Part shown: one piece after another, positions 60,859-64,000 of the stretch
Position numbering within the stretch: position 1 is the stretch's first letter
Layout of the letters: every line of letters begins with the position of its first letter
NCBI GenBank assembly: GCA_964637365.1
Contig: CAZWWH010000001.1
Location: 132,269 to 196,268 of the forward strand
DNA: 64,000 nucleotides
Source of the DNA: an uncultured Peptococcaceae bacterium
GTDB taxonomy: Bacteria; Bacillota; Dehalobacteriia; UBA7702
Reading direction: 5' to 3'
Notes under the pieces: generated by a model
Database searches by the model: none
Told to the model about the DNA's origin: nothing
What the model saw: only the letters and a program-made list of their open reading frames with translations
Position numbers and translations under genes: made by a program

Positions 60859-61350
60859 TTAATACCAGGGACGATCTTTGGAATGATCCGGAGGCTGAGG
60901 AAAAGCTCTTATTTTTTCAAAAGTGACCGTTTTCTCTTCATTGATATCACATTCATCACAACACTCCGCATATTCCGCTTCTTCCGTAATTTGTGTCTCT
61001 TCAAGTTCCCGAGACTCTTGTGCTTTTTTTACAGAGTATTTTTCGTAAACAACATCTTTATACTTACGATTTAAAACACATCTTGCAAAAAGATTCCCTA
61101 AAAGAACACCGAAAAGATATCCGAGCGTAATATAAAGAAAACCGTTGGTATGAATATGTCTGCCCACATGAATGGCAACAAACATATAAATTACAATAGC
61201 ACCGATGGACAGCATATTGCGAATCAGAACACCGTTTTTTCCGCTTTCCTCTTTGCCTATATTGAAATATGGATGTTTCCATGCGGCAATCATATATGTC
61301 ACAAAGGATAAAATAAATATTAAGACAGTACATATGTATACAATTGTCAT
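60859..61350 (-). CDS. hypothetical membrane protein (3 TM + acidic Cys-containing tail)
   Basis: hydrophobic N-terminal half; no recognisable family. Confidence 0.45.
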   Translation of the reverse strand: MTIVYICTVLIFILSFVTYMIAAWKHPYFNIGKEESGKNGVLIRNMLSIGAIVIYMFVAIHVGRHIHTNGFLYITLGYLFGVLLGNLFARCVLNRKYKDVVYEKYSVKKAQESRELEETQITEEAEYAECCDECDINEEKTVTFEKIRAFPQPPDHSKDRPWY

Positions 61351-61648
61351 AACATCGGTCCTCCCGTAAAGGATAAATCAAGCTACAAGGTCCACGATTC
61401 ACAAAGTGCCTTCTATGCTCCTCAGGCAGAAGCAGTAGAAGCAAAAACGATTTACAACTATTTCATCAGCAGACTCTCCTGTATCAATAAAAAAATGACA
61501 AGCAATTTTTTTGCCGGTTCAGGGAAGCCGGCCCTATGACAACAAATCGGGATTATTCGAACACCACCACAGACTTGCGAAAGAACGCAAATCTATGGTG
61601 GCGCCGATACAAACAAACACAACCTTCACTATTTGCCATAAAGGACTT

Positions 61649-62593
61649 TTATTCTATCAATTCTTTCTCCGTCTGAACAGCATTCTTTGTGTTCCTAAAT
61701 GCTGCGTAAAGCATGGTAGCAGAAGTGTAGAACAAGATGACAACGATGAGCCAGAACAATACATTAATCGGCATGGACTGGAAGATAAAGTATGCCAGCA
61801 ATACACCGACAACGCCACCAATATTACCAAAGGCATTTGCTCTGTAGTCGAGGGCTTCGTTTTTCAGGAAGGTAAGACCACTGGCCAGCATCAAGAAGGT
61901 ATAGGAACCGAACATGATGGGGAATGCGCATCTGGGATCCATACCAAAACCGTAACAAATGGCAATCATGAAGGCATAACCGCCAACACCACCGGCAGCA
62001 AGAATACCAACAAAGAAGAAAAGGATCGTTGCGATAACGAGCTGCACACCATAAATACCAATTTCCATACCGCCAACTGCCCAGAGGCCAAGGTTACGGA
62101 GAATCATGGTAACGGTAACAACAGCAAGGCCAAAACCGATAATAAAACGGATGGGTCTGAGCGGTAAATGGGAAACATATTTTGCACCTAATTTTGTACC
62201 GATGGTAACGGCAGCGATCAGGCAAATCAAGGTAAGGGGATCCACGGTAACGGTGGATACGAACAACATGGTTTCGGTTGCGGAACCTAATAAAGACGCA
62301 GTATTCAACGTACCGGGAATCAGTCGTTCGTCCGTAGCTTTTGTCAGCTTCAAAAGAGCGGTATGAGGAGCATTACCACCGATACCAAGGGTATCACCAA
62401 ACATGATGAAAGCAACAATAAAGAAGTGAATAAGAGAAAGCAGTTTTGTTTTACCGCGGCTTTGATAGTAAGGATTCTGAAGCATCAAACCGGGGTTTTT
62501 AAGCAGCTTGCGGTAAAATACAATAATCCAAGTAATCGCATTGACAGCGGCGCCAATGACTACTAATTTAACCAATAATGCACCAATATCCAT
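61649..62593 (-). CDS. polytopic membrane protein immediately downstream of mttB; candidate methylamine permease
   Basis: 314 aa, about 8-9 TM, Gly-rich helices; position directly 3' of mttB parallels the mttB-mttP (permease) arrangement in methanogens. Assignment is by context only. Confidence 0.4.
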   Translation of the reverse strand: MDIGALLVKLVVIGAAVNAITWIIVFYRKLLKNPGLMLQNPYYQSRGKTKLLSLIHFFIVAFIMFGDTLGIGGNAPHTALLKLTKATDERLIPGTLNTASLLGSATETMLFVSTVTVDPLTLICLIAAVTIGTKLGAKYVSHLPLRPIRFIIGFGLAVVTVTMILRNLGLWAVGGMEIGIYGVQLVIATILFFFVGILAAGGVGGYAFMIAICYGFGMDPRCAFPIMFGSYTFLMLASGLTFLKNEALDYRANAFGNIGGVVGVLLAYFIFQSMPINVLFWLIVVILFYTSATMLYAAFRNTKNAVQTEKELIE

Positions 62594-62621
62594 TGCACAC
62601 CTCCCAAATAATTTTCAAGTT

Positions 62622-64000
62622 TTATTCCTTGATACCGTATTCTTCGGCGGCTTCGGAGATAATATCACGCATGCCAGCTTCTACGCCGTCAGCAAGAGGA
62701 GCGACTTTATGGTTTTCCATGATGTATTTTGCGCGTTCATAAGCACGTTCAGCCAAGTCGGTTTTGCCTTCCATTTCCCAAGTTTCACGCATGGTGCGGC
62801 AGAAGAGGCTGCTGGTGCTTTGTTCTTTTCTGAAGCGTTCAAAGGTATGAGGATGGCTGACCAATTCGCCGCCAGGCCCGATCTCCTTGATCAGATCAAC
62901 GGCGAGATTTTCGTCAGTTACTTTGATACCTTCAATGACTTTGCGGATCATGGTATAGATTTCGTTATCAATGACGAACTGAGCATAGTCGAAAGTGATA
63001 CCGAGGTCTAACATCCCGGCCCCATAAATGATGTTGGCGCCGCCCTGGGCTGCCAAAAGGGCTGTCAATGTTTTTTCATGAGCTGCTTGAGCATCGGGGA
63101 GTTTGCTGTCTGCCTAACCACCGGCTACGAAGCTGGGGAGATTATAGAACTGAGCCAGACGTGCAACGGAAGCACTGATCATGCCCAATTCAGGAGCACC
63201 AACAGGAGCGGTAGTATAACGCATATCCATGATGGTGGTGGAGCTAGCATAGATGCAGGCCGCGCCTTTTTGGGTCAACTGAGAAAGAACGATAACGCTC
63301 AAAACTTCAGCATTGTGGGTAACGAGAGTACCGGCCAAAGTTACAGGAGAAGTAGCACCAGCCATAGCCATGGAAATGATGTTAATGGGAACACCTTCTT
63401 TGGCAGCAAGAATTACGACGTCAGTGCATTCAGGAATCAATTTCAACAAACTGGTGGGGCATACATTGAAAGTGACCAAAGGTCTTTTGCGAAGGTTTTC
63501 TCTGCCGCCAGCAACGAGGGAAGCCATACGAATGATTTTCTTAGCATTTTCAGCGCCATCGGGACCGATGAAAACGTGTTTGGTGGTATTGGGGAAAATC
63601 GCTTCCGCATTGTGGAGTGCTTGAAGAGGACCAGGGATGTCCTGAGAAGCAACGGCACGGTAAGTGATATCCATATTGGAAAGGTAGTCGCTCATGATGG
63701 AACATTTTACCAAGTCAGCTTTGGTGCTGGGACGATATTCTTTGGTTTCGATATCGCGAACAACAACGCCTTCACCGAAGTTAACAAAACCAACTCTATT
63801 TTTTTCTACCACATAGTCCTTTTGAGGATCTCTTGCAGCCAAGAGAACAGTGGGGGGAGCGGTACGGATGGCATCTTCCACCACATAGGGAGGGATGCGG
63901 ACGATATTGGTTTCAGGATCTACTACAGCGCCGCCAGCGGCAAAAATTTCTCTGGCTTCTGCGCTATCTACTCGTACCCCGACATTTTGCAGGAGATCGA
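62622..64000 (-). CDS. mttB: trimethylamine:corrinoid methyltransferase MttB with in-frame UAG (pyrrolysine) codon at 63114-63116; 5' end lies beyond the window
   Basis: ORFs 63114-63884 and 62622-63068 are in the same frame and joined through a single TAG: …LAQFYNLPSFVAGG-[UAG]-ADSKLPDAQAAHEKTLTALLAAQGGANIIYGAGMLD…. Both flanks align with the uninterrupted paralogs at 4798-6261 and 8152-9612, and the upstream frame continues to the window edge with MttB-like sequence. Confidence 0.85.

Noticed and set aside
1-64000. CRISPR arrays, rRNA genes, IS elements with terminal inverted repeats
   Set aside because: No regularly spaced direct repeats, no rRNA-like conserved stretches, and no transposase or integrase ORF were seen in any frame.

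Overview
This 64-kb window looks like it comes from a strictly anaerobic, spore-forming Firmicute (Clostridia-like; a SpoIIID homolog is present) that decodes UAG as pyrrolysine, which is the headline feature. At the right edge, a trimethylamine methyltransferase gene (mttB, minus strand, running off the window) carries an in-frame amber codon at 63114-63116. Both sides of that codon are homologous to two uninterrupted MttB-superfamily paralogs elsewhere in the window (4798-6261 and 8152-9612), so the ORF caller has split one gene in two.

The two non-Pyl paralogs sit in tandem regulator/methyltransferase modules. Each faces a divergent PAS-domain sigma-54 enhancer-binding protein, has a textbook -24/-12 promoter (TGGCAC-N5-TTGC), and has TTGC-N-GCAA palindromes upstream. 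The first module also carries a BCCT betaine/carnitine/choline-type transporter and a 696-aa hydantoinase-like protein. The second is followed by a sigma-54-driven MFS transporter. A third sigma-54 regulator (GAF-PAS-AAA-HTH) is broken by a 1-nt frameshift in a homopolymer.

The middle of the window (about 21.4-28.8 kb) is an accessory-looking block: degenerate small ORFs, then a co-directional array of a CotH kinase-like protein, a DUF4956 membrane protein, a VTC/polyphosphate-polymerase-like domain protein, an OmpR-type two-component system, a TnpV-like protein and two unknown small genes. This is a recurring but functionally uncharacterised cassette and the best candidate for an undescribed system.

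Other content: PadR-DUF1700-DUF4097 module; a small accessory islet with phage Gp37/Gp68-family protein and a Vat-type streptogramin A acetyltransferase, plus a 700-nt structured non-coding stretch; a GlpA-like oxidoreductase trio; a cell-wall polymer cluster (TagO, two MurJ, TagA, LCP, two CsaB-type pyruvyltransferases, one fused to a GT4 glycosyltransferase and one with an acidic ~120-aa insert); housekeeping genes (rlmB, mrnC, cysS, cysE with a probable Cys T-box leader, asnS, deoC, cdd, rubrerythrin, flavodoxin-like protein, amino-acid ABC transporter, PepD dipeptidase, lipoproteins). No rRNA, complete tRNA or CRISPR array was seen. All calls are from reading the sequence and ORF translations; no database search was run.
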